A stretch of DNA of 40,723 nucleotides from Eubacteriales bacterium (GCA_045636665.1 JAZTXY010000138.1:1-40723), one strand, 5' to 3'. Shown: positions 1-11,478, counted from the stretch's first letter. Notes: generated from the letters alone by a model not told the origin. Program-made: numbers and translations.

Positions 1-1
1 A

Positions 2-553
2 TTATATTTCCATGATTTCCTTATCTTTTTTAGCGATAACAACGTCAACTTCCTTGATGATCTTATCGGTAAGATCCTGAATCTTCTTTTCAGCATCCTT
101 AAGGTCATCTTCGGTAATGGTCGAATTCTTCTTCAATGCCTTTGCGTTATCGTTTGCTTCGCGGCGGATGTTACGAATTGCAACCTTGCAGTCCTCGCCC
201 ATTTTTGCGGTCTTCTTGGTAAGCTCTTTTCTGCGTTCCTCGGTAAGTGCGGGGAAAACAAGACGGATGCATTTGCCGTCGTTGGTGGGGGTGATGCCTA
301 CGTCGGAAGCAAGGATTGCCTTTTCGATTTCCTTGAGCATATTGGTTTCCCAAGGAGTGATTACAAGAGTTCTTGCGTCTGTTGCCTTGATGGTTGCAAC
401 GCCGTCAAGACCTGTGGGGGTGCCGTAGTAAGGTACGGTGATCTTATCGAGAACCTTCGAGCTTGCTCTGCCTACTCTTATAGTGCCAAAATCCTCCTCG
501 AGGACGCTGATGGATTTTTTCATTTTTTCTTCAAAGGGTTTAATGTCGAACAT
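2..553 (-). CDS. frr: Ribosome recycling factor
   Basis: 183 aa with IRVGRA, NDGKCIRLVFPALTEERRKEL and VAIRNIRR motifs; downstream of pyrH; TAA at 2-4. Confidence 0.97.
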   Translation of the reverse strand: MFDIKPFEEKMKKSISVLEEDFGTIRVGRASSKVLDKITVPYYGTPTGLDGVATIKATDARTLVITPWETNMLKEIEKAILASDVGITPTNDGKCIRLVFPALTEERRKELTKKTAKMGEDCKVAIRNIRREANDNAKALKKNSTITEDDLKDAEKKIQDLTDKIIKEVDVVIAKKDKEIMEI

Positions 554-592
554 TTTTGTTACCTTCCTTGTTTTTGTTATATATCTTATTTT

Positions 593-1306
593 TTATTTAT
601 GGAGTAATGTGCCGATTGTTTCGCCTTTTGCGGCAGAAATTATGTTTTGAGGATCGGAAAGCGGGAAAATTACGGTTTTTATGTCGCATTCCTCACCGAT
701 GGTTGCGGCGCTTTGGTCGATTGCTTTGAGTCCGCGCGAAAGAAGCTCTTGATAAGTAAGCTCGTCAAACTTAACGGCATCGCTGTATTTTGCAGGGTCC
801 TTATCGTAAACGCCGTCAACGTTCTTTGCAGAAAGAACAGCATCGCACTTAAGCTCTGCCGCGCGCAGCATCATGCCCGTATCCGTTGAAAAGAAGGGAT
901 AACCGACGCCGCACGAAAGAATTACGACCTCGCCCTTTTCAAGATATTCAATGGCTTTATACTGTGCGTAGGGTTCGCAGAATTGTTGGATTTGTACCGC
1001 GCTCATAACGTGCGCGTTAACACCCGTTTTGAGTATGTAATCCTGCATTGCAAGAGAGTTGATAACGGTTGCGAGCATTCCCATATGGTCGCCGCGCACA
1101 CGGTCAACGTCAAGTCCGTTTTGTCTTGCGCCGCGCCAGATATTACCTGCGCCGATAACTATACTCACCTGAACGCCGTCGTTAACGAGCGTTGCAATCT
1201 TTTCGGCAACCGACGAAAGCATATCTCCGTCGAGAATACCCTTTTTCTCACCGGCAAGCGCTTCGCCGCTGAGCTTGATAAGTACGCGTTTGTATTGATT
1301 AGCCAT
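593..1306 (-). CDS. pyrH: UMP kinase
   Basis: KRVLIKLSGEAL, GAGNIWRG, DHMGMLAT, PFFSTD and VDGVYDKDP motifs; pyrH-frr synteny. Confidence 0.97.
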   Translation of the reverse strand: MANQYKRVLIKLSGEALAGEKKGILDGDMLSSVAEKIATLVNDGVQVSIVIGAGNIWRGARQNGLDVDRVRGDHMGMLATVINSLAMQDYILKTGVNAHVMSAVQIQQFCEPYAQYKAIEYLEKGEVVILSCGVGYPFFSTDTGMMLRAAELKCDAVLSAKNVDGVYDKDPAKYSDAVKFDELTYQELLSRGLKAIDQSAATIGEECDIKTVIFPLSDPQNIISAAKGETIGTLLHK

Positions 1307-1323
1307 TTTAAGTTTCCTCGCTT

Positions 1324-2649
1324 TTATTGTCCGAAATAGAATATGCTATTGATACGGTCAAGAGAATCGATCAATCCGCAAGCGTATGCAGTTACGGGTG
1401 AAACGTTTGAATCTGCAAGACTGCCGGAAATCACAACGTCTTTTTTGTAGTAAGCGTGATAAAGTAATTCGATATACGGGTCGCAAATACCTTCGTCAAA
1501 AGCGTATGCGCCCGATGTTTTAAACATAGAAGCACAGATTTCGGCAGGTGTTGTTTTGTTGCCGATAATCGCACGTTCGCCGTAGTAAAAACGTGTTTGG
1601 TCGGTGTTTCTGAACATCTCGCAGGAGCTTTCGACCTCTTTATCAAGGCAGACAACGAAAACGTAATTATCGTACTGCGAAAGGTCGAAATTCGCTTCGG
1701 CAAAGTCCTTTAACGTACCGAAGCCCGTATCGGCAAACATAATATCAAAATCCAACGAGCGCGAGCCGAGAATACCGTCGTGCGCAAAATAAGCCTTTTT
1801 AAAGGCAGGTTCAAGCGTTTTGCCGTATTCTGCCGCGGTATCGACAAGATAATCGATTGCGGTTGAAATGCGTCCGTGATATTCCTGTTCTTCTTCGTAA
1901 GTAAATTCGGTCTGCTTATCGGTTACAAAAAATTCAATAACGAGCAAGCTGCCCGAAAGCGATTTGAACGATCCGACGTTTGAAAACGGAAACGGTTGGG
2001 TATACTCAAATTCTTCAAAGGGCTTAAGCTGAAAAAGTCCCTTTTCAAGACGCCATCTTCCCTTTTCGAGCACCGCGTTAAAGGTTACCGTATCCGAATG
2101 AACGGTGGTTGCCGTAATGGTTTTTACGGTTGCCGCTTCGGTATCCGAAACTGTTACCGTATCAAGTTTTACGGAATCGAAGAACCGTTCGGTCGGATGG
2201 CGAAAGACATAGGTTCTTCCTCCCTTTTCGGTTACAGCGGCAGGCAGTCCTTGGGGATAGCTTAAAAATTCATCGATACATCCGCCGCTTGACGAATAGG
2301 TGTTTTCGAGCAACGCCATAACAGCTTTGAAATTCACATATTCGTTTTCAACGGGCAGACCTTGATATTCGGCAGATTCATCCCTTTCATCGCAAAGCGA
2401 CTGATTGATGAAAATGTCGGTAACAAGCTTATCCGCTTCAAGAAGCTCGATTGCTTCCTCTTTCGTTAAATAGCCATCGTCCTCGGGAAGCTCTTCCTGA
2501 GAAAAATCGGGAAGCACAAAGCTTTCTTCCGATATTTCCTCGCTGCTTTCCTCAATTTCGTCCGAACAAGCGCAAAAAGCAAGAACGAGCGAGACCGAAA
2601 GAAGTAAAATTATTAACTTCGTCGAAAAATCTGATTTTAAACATTTCAT
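1324..2649 (-). CDS. Hypothetical lipoprotein
   Basis: 441 aa; hydrophobic N-terminus ending in lipobox-like AFCAC, then an acidic linker; no clear family. Confidence 0.75.
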   Translation of the reverse strand: MKCLKSDFSTKLIILLLSVSLVLAFCACSDEIEESSEEISEESFVLPDFSQEELPEDDGYLTKEEAIELLEADKLVTDIFINQSLCDERDESAEYQGLPVENEYVNFKAVMALLENTYSSSGGCIDEFLSYPQGLPAAVTEKGGRTYVFRHPTERFFDSVKLDTVTVSDTEAATVKTITATTVHSDTVTFNAVLEKGRWRLEKGLFQLKPFEEFEYTQPFPFSNVGSFKSLSGSLLVIEFFVTDKQTEFTYEEEQEYHGRISTAIDYLVDTAAEYGKTLEPAFKKAYFAHDGILGSRSLDFDIMFADTGFGTLKDFAEANFDLSQYDNYVFVVCLDKEVESSCEMFRNTDQTRFYYGERAIIGNKTTPAEICASMFKTSGAYAFDEGICDPYIELLYHAYYKKDVVISGSLADSNVSPVTAYACGLIDSLDRINSIFYFGQ

Positions 2650-2658
2650 ATCATTATG

Positions 2659-2687
2659 ATTATAGCAAACAATATGCTTAATATCAA
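2659..2687 (-). promoter_or_regulatory. Sigma-A promoter (TTGATA-N17-TATAAT, extended -10)
   Basis: Minus strand TTGATA 2687-2682, TGC-TATAAT 2667-2659, just upstream of the ATG at 2649. Confidence 0.6.
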
Positions 2688-2697
2688 TAGAAAATTG

Positions 2698-3303
2698 TTA
2701 AAATATAATATTCTCGCGAACCACTCTTTTAATTTTTACTCTGTCACCGAAAAACGCGGCTACGTAGGACGGATTCAGGTAATCGTTGCCTGCGGCATTA
2801 AGCTCGACTCGCAGCGTTGCAATACCGTTTTCCGAACGGGAAGAAACGAATCTTACCATAGGCGAGATATCAACGGTCTTTTCACCCGTTTTCGAGCGTT
2901 TAACGACCTTCATTTCGCCGTTTAATGCGGTTTTAAACTCTTCATCGCTTATTTCGGTTTCAAGCTCAAGACGCCAAATCGCGCGCTTTGTTGTAAGCTT
3001 GCGGTCGGCAATTTCGACCGAAACGATATCAAGTCCCGGAAATGCGGCAGACTGAAGCTTGCTTTTTACGGCTTCGATATCGACTTCTTCGGTCAAGCGG
3101 AAATCGAAAAGCTCTCTTTCGCCCTCTTGATAGATAGAAAGCGGAAGCGCGATGTTAAGACGGGGATGAGGATTGAAGCCCTCGCTGTAGGAAATGGGCA
3201 GACCGCTTCTTACAAGCATTCTGTGAATAGCGCGTTGAAGGTCAAGATGGGAGATATATTTTAAATTACCGAGCTTTGTAAAGCATACGCGAATATCAGC
3301 CAT
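2698..3303 (-). CDS. Radical SAM-linked protein (TIGR03936/DUF2344-like)
   Basis: KYISHLDLQR and SEGFNPHPRL motifs; start moved to ATG 3303 after a GGAGGT RBS; overlaps the end of the radical SAM gene. Confidence 0.88.
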   Translation of the reverse strand: MADIRVCFTKLGNLKYISHLDLQRAIHRMLVRSGLPISYSEGFNPHPRLNIALPLSIYQEGERELFDFRLTEEVDIEAVKSKLQSAAFPGLDIVSVEIADRKLTTKRAIWRLELETEISDEEFKTALNGEMKVVKRSKTGEKTVDISPMVRFVSSRSENGIATLRVELNAAGNDYLNPSYVAAFFGDRVKIKRVVRENIIF

Positions 3304-5161
3304 TGTTTTCACCTCCGTCGCAAACGCATTTGCCGTTGCAGAGCGATTTTGCACCGCAGCCCGAGCACTTTGTGCGGCAATCGGGAGTGGTTTCGGCATT
3401 AAGCGAGCGCGCATATTCGTTCTTCATAAACTTTTTGGTTACACCGATATCGATAAAGTCCCAAGGAAGTATTTCATCGATACCGAAACGGCGGTTTGCA
3501 TAGAATGCGGGGTCGATTCCGCAAGCTTCAAACACGCTTATCCACTTGTCGTAGCTGAAATATTCATCCCAGCCGTCAAGCATCATATTGCGGTTATATG
3601 CTTCGAGCAAAGCCGCGCCTAATTTTCTGTCGCCGCGCGCAAACACCGCTTCGATTCGCGAAACGCGTGCATCGTGATATTTATAGGATATTTTCTTTGT
3701 TTTGATTTCGGAACGCAAAAGCGCTTGCTTGCGTTCAAGCTCCTCAAAGCTGTCCTGCGGCTCCCATTGGAAGGGGGTGAAGGGCTTGGGCACGAAGCAG
3801 GAAACGCTCACGGTAACGTTTACGCCTCTGCCGCCGCCAAAGCGCTTTTTGGAGTAATATGTATCGACAATATTCTGACCGAGCGAAGCGATACCCTTGA
3901 TGTCCTCGTCGGTTTCGGTGGGAAGACCGTTCATAAAATAAAGCTTTAAGCTGCTTCTTCCGCCGTCGAACGCCTTTTCGCAAGCCGAAATGATTTCTTC
4001 CTCGGTGATGTTCTTGTTAATAACGTCACGAAGTCTTTGGGTACCTGCTTCGGGCGCAAACGTAAGACCGCTTTTACGAACCGACGAAACCTTTTCGAGC
4101 AATTCCTCATAGAAATTATCGATTCTCATCGAGGGAAGCGAAAGGTTTACCTTCTTATCGTCGGTCCATTCCAAAAGTCCGTTTATAAGCTCACGAAGAT
4201 GAGTATAGTCGCTTATCGAAAGCGAGGTGAGTGAAATTTCCGAATAACCGCTGTGTTCGATCGAAGCGCGTGCGTTTTCATTAAGCACCTCGGGCGATTT
4301 TTCACGGTAGGGACGGTAAATCATACCTGCCTGGCAGAAACGGCATCCGCGAATACATCCGCGGAAAACCTCGAGCATTACGCGGTCGTGAACCGTTTCA
4401 AGAAAGGGTACCGAGCACTTGCAGGGGAAATATGCCTTATCAAGGTCCTCGATTATGCGTTTTCTGACGGTTACGGGTACGTTTTCGCGGTTGGGCGCAA
4501 ACGAGGCAATCGTTCCGTCTGCGTTATATTCAACGGTGTAAAGCGAGGGTACGTAAAAGCCTTCAAGCTGTGACGCGCGGTAAAGTATTTCTTCCCTGCC
4601 AACGCCCTCTTTTTTGCAATCTCTGATAAGAGAAGCAAGCTCAAGCAGAGCCTCTTCGCCCTCTCCTATCGAAAAAATATCGATAAAATCGGCAATCGGC
4701 TCGGGATTATACGCGCAGGGACCGCCTGCGATGATTATGGGATCGGATTCGCTTCTGTCCTTCGAAAGAAGGGGTATTCCGCCCAAGCCGAGCATTGCGA
4801 TAACGTTTGTATAGGAAAGCTCATACTGAAGCGTAAAGGCAACTATATCGAACTTATTTAATGCATCGCCGCTTTCAAGCGCGTACAAAGGAAGATTGTG
4901 CTTTATTAACTGCTCGCGCATATCGGGCCAAGGCATATAGCTTCGCTCACAGCTGATATATCCGCTGTTGTTAAAGTTTCCCTGAAGTATTTTCATACCG
5001 AGGTTGGACATACCGATTTCGTAAATATCGGGGAAGCAGAAGCAGACTCGTAGGTCGGCATTTTCGGGATTGGGAACGTCAGACGAATATTCGCCGCCGA
5101 CGTATCTGCCCGGCTTTTCAACGCATTCAAGCAGAGGCGCGTATTTTTCGTAATTGCTCAC
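3296..5161 (-). CDS. B12-binding-type radical SAM protein (TIGR03960-like)
   Basis: CIRGCRFC CxxxCxxC motif, FPDIYEIGMSNLG, FAPEAGTQRLR, C-terminal Cys cluster; GTG start. Confidence 0.9.
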   Translation of the reverse strand: MSNYEKYAPLLECVEKPGRYVGGEYSSDVPNPENADLRVCFCFPDIYEIGMSNLGMKILQGNFNNSGYISCERSYMPWPDMREQLIKHNLPLYALESGDALNKFDIVAFTLQYELSYTNVIAMLGLGGIPLLSKDRSESDPIIIAGGPCAYNPEPIADFIDIFSIGEGEEALLELASLIRDCKKEGVGREEILYRASQLEGFYVPSLYTVEYNADGTIASFAPNRENVPVTVRKRIIEDLDKAYFPCKCSVPFLETVHDRVMLEVFRGCIRGCRFCQAGMIYRPYREKSPEVLNENARASIEHSGYSEISLTSLSISDYTHLRELINGLLEWTDDKKVNLSLPSMRIDNFYEELLEKVSSVRKSGLTFAPEAGTQRLRDVINKNITEEEIISACEKAFDGGRSSLKLYFMNGLPTETDEDIKGIASLGQNIVDTYYSKKRFGGGRGVNVTVSVSCFVPKPFTPFQWEPQDSFEELERKQALLRSEIKTKKISYKYHDARVSRIEAVFARGDRKLGAALLEAYNRNMMLDGWDEYFSYDKWISVFEACGIDPAFYANRRFGIDEILPWDFIDIGVTKKFMKNEYARSLNAETTPDCRTKCSGCGAKSLCNGKCVCDGGENNG

Positions 5162-5176
5162 TTTTATTTCTCCAAA

Positions 5177-7987
5177 TTACAAATTCTTAAGTTTTTCTCT
5201 TAAATAATGTCCCGTATAGCTGTCTTCGTTTGCGGCAACCTCCTCGGGTGTGCCCTTTGCGATGACTTTGCCGCCTGCATCGCCGCCGTCGGGACCTAAA
5301 TCGATTATATAATCGGCGGTCTTAATGAGGTCTAAATTATGCTCGATAACCACTACCGAGTTGCCTGCATCGACAAGCTTTTGCAAAACGCTCACAAGCT
5401 TGTTTACGTCGTCGGTGTGCAAGCCCGTCGTCGGCTCGTCGAGCACATAAAGCGTTTTGCCCGTTGCTCGGCGCGAAAGCTCGTTTGCCAATTTTACGCG
5501 CTGTGCCTCACCGCCCGAAAGGGTTGTCGAGGGCTGACCGATTTTGATATATCCGAGTCCGACGTCGCACATCGTATCCAATTTGCGCTTTATCGAGGGG
5601 TAGTTTTGGAAGAATTCCCTACCCTCGTCGCAGGTCATTTCAAGAACGTCGTAAATCGATTTGCCTTTATATTTGATTTCAAGCGTTTCGTGGTTATATC
5701 TTCTGCCCTTGCAGACGTCGCAGGTAACGTAAACGTCGGGTAAGAAGTGCATTTCGATGGTAAGAGTACCGTCACCCTTACAGGCTTCACATCTGCCGCC
5801 CTTGACGTTAAACGAAAATCTGCCGTCGTTATAGCCGCGCGCCTTTGCATCGGGTGTGGACGCAAACACCGCGCGAATATCGTTGAAAAGACCGATATAG
5901 GTTGCGGGGTTCGAACGGGGATTACGGCCTATCGGCGATTGGTCGATTTGAATTATCTTGTCAATATCGTCTGCGCCGACGATTTCCTTGTGCTTACCCG
6001 GAATTACCGAAAGCTTGCCGAGCTTACGCGCAAGCGTGTTGTAAAGCACTGCGTTTACAAGACTCGATTTGCCCGAGCCCGAAACACCGGTTACACATAC
6101 GAGCTTGCCCAAGGGGAAGGTAACGTCAACGTCTTTAAGATTGTTTTCGCTCGCGCCGACAACGGTAATTAATCCGCCGTTGCCCTTTCTGCGAGTGGTG
6201 GGAACCGAAACGACCTTTTTGCCCGAAAGGTACTGTCCCGTTATCGATTCCTTGCATTTTTTTATCTGCGCGGGAGTGCCCGTAAAAATTACGTTGCCGC
6301 CGTGGATACCTGCGCCGGGGCCTATATCGACGATATAGTCGGCTTCTTCAATGGTTTCCTCGTCGTGTTCGACAACAAGAACCGTGTTTCCGATATCGCG
6401 CAGCTTTTTAAGTGTGTTTATAAGCTTTTGGTTGTCGCGTTGGTGCAATCCGATGCTCGGCTCGTCAAGAACGTACATAACGCCTACAAGCGCGCTGCCG
6501 ATTTGAGTTGCAAGACGGATGCGCTGTGCTTCACCGCCCGAAAGCGAGCCTGCCTTACGCGAAAGCGTGAGATAACCGAGTCCGACGTTTTCAAGGAAGG
6601 AAAGTCGGGAATTTATCTCTTTAAGTATCTCTTTCGCAATTTCGGATTCGGTTTGGCTTAATTTCAAGGTCGCAAAGAATTTGCGAACGTCGATAACCGA
6701 TTTCGAGCAAAGGTCGGAAATATTAAGTCCGCCGACGGTTACCGCCAAGGATTCGTTTTTAAGGCGCTTTCCGTGACATTCGGGACAGGGGATATAATCC
6801 ATAAACTGCTCGTAGTATTCACGCGTTTCATAACCGCCGCCCATTTTATAACGGTGGTCGATCATACCGATAATACCCTTGAACGACGGCTCGGAAACCG
6901 ATTTGCGTTTGCGTTTATTACCGTACATAAGGATATTAAACGCTTCTTCGGAATAGTTTGCGATAGGAGTGTGAATATCAAAGCCGTGATATCTGCCGAC
7001 CGAATTTATAAGCTCGGCAAAATATCCGCCCGGCTCGGCGCTTTTAAAGCCGTTGCATATTACCGCGCCGCCGAAAAGCGAAAGGCTTTTATCGGGAATA
7101 AGCTTTTCTTCGGAAAATACGTTGTTTTCACCCAAGCCGCCGCACGCCTCGCAGGCACCCGACGGGTTATTGAACGAGAACATACGCGGTGTAAGCTCGC
7201 CGACCGATATACCGTGGGTCTTACACGCATAATTTTGCGAAAAGGTTATTTCGTTATCCTCTTCCGCATCGGGGAGAAGAATTTTTATTATACCGTTTGC
7301 AAGCTTCGATGCCGTTTCAAGACTTTCGGCTAATCTCGAGCGCATTTCCTCGCCCTTCATTACAAGACGGTCGACGATTATTTCAATATCGTGCTTCAGA
7401 TTTTTATCGAGATTTATCGTTTCGGAAAGGTCATACATATTTCCGTCGACACGAACGCGAACATAACCGCTTTTACGCGCGCCTTCAAAAACCTTTTCGT
7501 GCATACCCTTTTGCGCCGAAACCACGGGCGCAAGCACCATAAAGCGAGTGCCCTGAGGCAATTCGCATACACGCGCAACGATTTCATCGACAGATTGCTG
7601 TTTGATCTCCTCGCCGCATATCGGACAGTGCGGCACACCGATTCGCGCATAAAGCAAACGGAGATAATCGTAAATTTCGGTTGCGGTACCGACGGTAGAG
7701 CGCGGATTGCGCGAGGTTGTTTTTTGGTCGATGGATATCGCGGGCGACAAGCCCTCGATCAAATCAACGTCGGGCTTATCAAGCTGTCCCAAAAACATTC
7801 TTGCATAGGACGAAAGCGATTCGACGAATCTTCTGTGTCCCTCGGCATAAAGAGTATCGAAAGCAAGACTCGATTTACCCGAACCCGAAAGACCCGTGAA
7901 AACAACGAGCTTGTCACGGGGGATGGTAACGTCGATATTCTTTAAGTTATGGACGCGAGCGCCCTTTACAACGATTTTGTCCGACAT
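5177..7987 (-). CDS. uvrA: Excinuclease ABC subunit A
   Basis: Two Walker A motifs ([18 protein letters not shown]), two LSGGEAQR signatures, zinc fingers, 936 aa. Confidence 0.98.
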   Translation of the reverse strand: MSDKIVVKGARVHNLKNIDVTIPRDKLVVFTGLSGSGKSSLAFDTLYAEGHRRFVESLSSYARMFLGQLDKPDVDLIEGLSPAISIDQKTTSRNPRSTVGTATEIYDYLRLLYARIGVPHCPICGEEIKQQSVDEIVARVCELPQGTRFMVLAPVVSAQKGMHEKVFEGARKSGYVRVRVDGNMYDLSETINLDKNLKHDIEIIVDRLVMKGEEMRSRLAESLETASKLANGIIKILLPDAEEDNEITFSQNYACKTHGISVGELTPRMFSFNNPSGACEACGGLGENNVFSEEKLIPDKSLSLFGGAVICNGFKSAEPGGYFAELINSVGRYHGFDIHTPIANYSEEAFNILMYGNKRKRKSVSEPSFKGIIGMIDHRYKMGGGYETREYYEQFMDYIPCPECHGKRLKNESLAVTVGGLNISDLCSKSVIDVRKFFATLKLSQTESEIAKEILKEINSRLSFLENVGLGYLTLSRKAGSLSGGEAQRIRLATQIGSALVGVMYVLDEPSIGLHQRDNQKLINTLKKLRDIGNTVLVVEHDEETIEEADYIVDIGPGAGIHGGNVIFTGTPAQIKKCKESITGQYLSGKKVVSVPTTRRKGNGGLITVVGASENNLKDVDVTFPLGKLVCVTGVSGSGKSSLVNAVLYNTLARKLGKLSVIPGKHKEIVGADDIDKIIQIDQSPIGRNPRSNPATYIGLFNDIRAVFASTPDAKARGYNDGRFSFNVKGGRCEACKGDGTLTIEMHFLPDVYVTCDVCKGRRYNHETLEIKYKGKSIYDVLEMTCDEGREFFQNYPSIKRKLDTMCDVGLGYIKIGQPSTTLSGGEAQRVKLANELSRRATGKTLYVLDEPTTGLHTDDVNKLVSVLQKLVDAGNSVVVIEHNLDLIKTADYIIDLGPDGGDAGGKVIAKGTPEEVAANEDSYTGHYLREKLKNL

Positions 7988-7999
7988 AGTTTTCTCCTG

Positions 8000-9955
8000 C
8001 TACATCAATCTTCTTATCTTATCGCGAATGAATGCCGCGGTTTCGAAATCGAGGTCCTTTGCGGCGCGCTTCATATCGGCGGTAAGCTTATCGATAAGCT
8101 TCTTCTTATCTTCTTTACTTAAATTCTTGTTCTTTTCTAATTTTTCGGCTTCCTTCTTCGAGGTTATTTCGATAGGAGCACGAATATCCTTTACAATGGT
8201 TTTGGGCGTGATGCCGTGCTTTTCGTTATACGCCTGCTGAATACGTCTGCGGCGGTTAGTTTCATCGATAGCGCGCTTCATCGAGCCTGTTTCGGAATCG
8301 GCATACATTATAACCGTACCCTCGGCATTACGCGCGGCGCGGCCGATGGTTTGCACAAGCGAAATTTCGCTTCGCAAAAAGCCCTCTTTATCGGCATCGA
8401 GGATGGCGACGAGCGATACCTCGGGCAGGTCAAGACCTTCACGCAGTAGGTTGATACCGACAAGCACGTCGAATTCGCCTGCACGCAGACCGCGCAGAAT
8501 ATCCATTCTTTCCATCGTGTCGATATCGTAGTGCATATATCTTGAGCGGATACCCGAAAGCTCGAAAAATTCGGTAAGGTCCTCCGCCATTTTTTTGGTA
8601 AGCGTTGTGACTAAAACGCGCTCCTTCCTTGCGGCGCGGATGCGTATCTCGCCCGCAAGATCATCGATTTGTCCTTTTGTCGGGCGCACCTCGACGATAG
8701 GATCGAGCAGACCCGTCGGGCGGATTATCTGCTCGACAAGGCGCGTGGAAAGGTTGCGCTCGTATTCCTTCGGCGTTGCGCTGACGTAAACCGTTTGACC
8801 GCGTTTTTCATCGAATTCATCGAAAACGAGCGGTCGGTTATCGTAAGCGGAGGGCAAACGGAAGCCGTAATCGATAAGATTTTGCTTTCTTGCGCGGTCG
8901 CCTGCCGCCATACCGCGTATTTGCGGAAGCATTACGTGGCTTTCATCGACAAACACAAGATAATCCGAGGGAAAATAATCGAGAAGCGTATAGGGCGCAC
9001 TTCCCGGCTCACGGCCCGAAAGCACGCGCGAATAGTTTTCGACACCCGAGCAAAATCCAATCTCGCGTATCTGCTCAACGTCGAACATCGTACGTTCGCG
9101 GATGCGTTGCGCCTCGATAAATTTATTCTGACTTTCAAAATATGCGATTCTTTCGTCAAGCTCGGCAATTATATCGTCAAGTGCCTTTTTGCGCGTTTCC
9201 GACGAGGTAACGTAGTGCGATGCGGGATATATCGCAACGTGCGACATATCGGCAACCGCTTCGCCCGTAACGACGTTGATTTTGCAAATTCGGTCGACCT
9301 CGTCACCGAAAAATTCCACTCTTACTGCATCGGTATCGGTGTTTGACGGGAAAATATCAAGCACGTCACCGCGAACGCGGAAGTTGTTACGCTCAAAGCC
9401 GATATCGCTTCTTGCATATTGCAATGCAACAAGACGCTTGATGACGTCATCGCGCGCAAAGGTCGAGCCGCGGCGGATTGAAAGCACCTGTTGGGAATAT
9501 TCCTCGGGGTCACCCAACGAATAAATACAGCTTACCGACGCAACGATTATAACGTCGCGTCTTTCAAAAAGCGCACTCGTTGCGGAATGGCGGAGCTTAT
9601 CGATTTCGTTATTGACAGCCGCGTCCTTTTCGATATAAACGTCCTTACCGGGGACGTATGCTTCGGGCTGATAGTAATCGTAATAACTGACAAAAAACTC
9701 AACGGCGTTGTTCGGGAAAAATTCGCGCATTTCGGAACAGACCTGCGCCGCAAGAGTTTTGTTGGGTTCAAGTATGATTGCAGGGCGGTTTGCACGCGCG
9801 ATAACGTTTGCCATAGTAAAGGTTTTACCCGAGCCTGTTACGCCGATAAGAGTTTGGTCGCGGTCGCCGTTTATTATGCCCGAAACAAGCGCCGATATCG
9901 CTTCGGGTTGGTCGCCCGTAGGCGCAAAATCAGACACAAGATCGAACTTATCCAT
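8000..9955 (-). CDS. uvrB: Excinuclease ABC subunit B
   Basis: [27 protein letters not shown] beta-hairpin, C-terminal UVR domain ([11 protein letters not shown]). Confidence 0.98.
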   Translation of the reverse strand: MDKFDLVSDFAPTGDQPEAISALVSGIINGDRDQTLIGVTGSGKTFTMANVIARANRPAIILEPNKTLAAQVCSEMREFFPNNAVEFFVSYYDYYQPEAYVPGKDVYIEKDAAVNNEIDKLRHSATSALFERRDVIIVASVSCIYSLGDPEEYSQQVLSIRRGSTFARDDVIKRLVALQYARSDIGFERNNFRVRGDVLDIFPSNTDTDAVRVEFFGDEVDRICKINVVTGEAVADMSHVAIYPASHYVTSSETRKKALDDIIAELDERIAYFESQNKFIEAQRIRERTMFDVEQIREIGFCSGVENYSRVLSGREPGSAPYTLLDYFPSDYLVFVDESHVMLPQIRGMAAGDRARKQNLIDYGFRLPSAYDNRPLVFDEFDEKRGQTVYVSATPKEYERNLSTRLVEQIIRPTGLLDPIVEVRPTKGQIDDLAGEIRIRAARKERVLVTTLTKKMAEDLTEFFELSGIRSRYMHYDIDTMERMDILRGLRAGEFDVLVGINLLREGLDLPEVSLVAILDADKEGFLRSEISLVQTIGRAARNAEGTVIMYADSETGSMKRAIDETNRRRRIQQAYNEKHGITPKTIVKDIRAPIEITSKKEAEKLEKNKNLSKEDKKKLIDKLTADMKRAAKDLDFETAAFIRDKIRRLM

Positions 9956-10064
9956 ACAAAAAACGCCCCCTTTTTTGAGATTTCGTTGATTTTCTTCGTA
10001 AATCGTATTATTATATCACATTTTCCTTTAAATTAAAAGGGGATATAAAGAATTTCTTTATTTT

Positions 10065-11360
10065 TTACACCAATCGGTTATCGATTGCAGACGCGATTTG
10101 AACCGCGTTTTTCCCAAACCGCTTGCGGATAGAATCGACGGCGGTTTCAAGAGAATGTCGGCTTTCGTATTTTTTCTCCCACGCTTCGGGAAACAGCTTT
10201 TGCTGATAGCCGAAATCGCCCTCGGGCGTCAATTTTTCGGCGTGTACCGTTACCGAATATATTTCCTTCCACATCGCCTTTTTCGCATACACGAGCGAAA
10301 GCGCAACCTTGGATATTTCGTCGTAAAGGCAGGTCGGGTGAGCAAGTGACACCGAATGCGAAAATGACGTCAGGTCGGGTAATCTGACCGTTACGGCGAC
10401 GTTGTTACAGCACAGCTTATGCCGTCTTAAACGCTCTGCCACCGACATTGAAAGATAGGTTATCGCAAACGAAATATCGTCGGAGGTTTTAAGATTGTCG
10501 CGGAAGGTCATACCGTTGCTTACCGATTTCGGCGTGGGCTCATAACCGCTTACCGTGACCTCGGAAAAATCGTTGCCTCGGGCAAATTCACGAAGCATAA
10601 CACCGTTTTTGCCGAGGTTTTTCTTTACGGTCGATTCGTTACAGCACGCCAAATCGCCGATGGTATAAATTCCCACGTGATTCAACACCTTTGCCGTAGA
10701 CGAGCCGACGAAAAGAAGGTCGGTAACCGGCAGAGGCCAAACTATCGACGCAAAGCGGTCGCGCGGGATGACCGTCGTTGCGTTTGGCTTTTTCATATCG
10801 CTTCCGAGCTTTGCAAAAACCTTGTTAAAGGAAACGCCGACCGAAACGGTTATGCCGAGCTCGTTTTTCACCCTTTCACGAATCGCATCCGCAATGCTTT
10901 TTCCGTTTCCGAAAAGCTTGAAAGAGCCGCTTACGTCAAGCCAGCTTTCATCGATTCCGAACGGCTCGACCTTGTCGGTATAATCGTAAAATATCTTGTT
11001 CATTTTTTCGGACATTTCGGAATAAAGCCCGTAGGTAGGACGAACAGTAAGCAGCTGAGGGCATTTCTTTTTCGCCTGCCAGACCGGCTCGGCTGTCGTA
11101 ACTCCGTATTTTTTCGCAAGCTCGTTTCGGGCAAGTACAATGCCGTGTCTTTCCTCAACACTGCCGCAGACCGCCATGGGAAACGAGGCATATTCGGGAT
11201 GAATCGCCGTTTCGCAGGAGGCAAAAAAAGAATTCGCATCGCAATGTAATATCGTGCGAATTTTTTGATTTTCGTTTGCTTTTGCATTTGCCTTCTCGCG
11301 GAAATTCGACGTTTTCATCAGTGCCGAGCCGTCGTTATAGCCCATATACATATCCTTCAC
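10065..11360 (-). CDS. dinB: Y-family DNA polymerase IV
   Basis: ILHCDANSFFASCE, FGIDESWLD, AKLGSDMKKP, DSIRKRFG; exact start uncertain. Confidence 0.93.
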   Translation of the reverse strand: MKDMYMGYNDGSALMKTSNFREKANAKANENQKIRTILHCDANSFFASCETAIHPEYASFPMAVCGSVEERHGIVLARNELAKKYGVTTAEPVWQAKKKCPQLLTVRPTYGLYSEMSEKMNKIFYDYTDKVEPFGIDESWLDVSGSFKLFGNGKSIADAIRERVKNELGITVSVGVSFNKVFAKLGSDMKKPNATTVIPRDRFASIVWPLPVTDLLFVGSSTAKVLNHVGIYTIGDLACCNESTVKKNLGKNGVMLREFARGNDFSEVTVSGYEPTPKSVSNGMTFRDNLKTSDDISFAITYLSMSVAERLRRHKLCCNNVAVTVRLPDLTSFSHSVSLAHPTCLYDEISKVALSLVYAKKAMWKEIYSVTVHAEKLTPEGDFGYQQKLFPEAWEKKYESRHSLETAVDSIRKRFGKNAVQIASAIDNRLV

Positions 11361-11382
11361 TCCCCTTTTTTACTCTCATAAT

Positions 11383-11424
11383 ATCATAACACCCGAACAT
11401 CTGTTTGTCAAGAACAAATGTTCT
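11383..11424 (-). promoter_or_regulatory. dinB sigma-A promoter with two LexA (SOS) boxes
   Basis: TTGACA 11411-11406, N17, TATGAT 11388-11383; AGAACAAATGTTCT 11411-11424 (perfect GAAC-N4-GTTC) and CGAACATCTGTTTG 11394-11407. Confidence 0.85.
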
Positions 11425-11433
11425 AAAGGGAGT

Positions 11434-11470
11434 AAAAAAACAAGTCCGAGAGCTTAATACCTCGGACTTG
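11434..11470 (-). terminator. Intrinsic terminator of the GT2 gene
   Basis: CAAGTCCGAG/CTCGGACTTG 10-bp stem followed by a U-run on the minus strand. Confidence 0.75.
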
Positions 11471-11478
11471 TAAAACGT

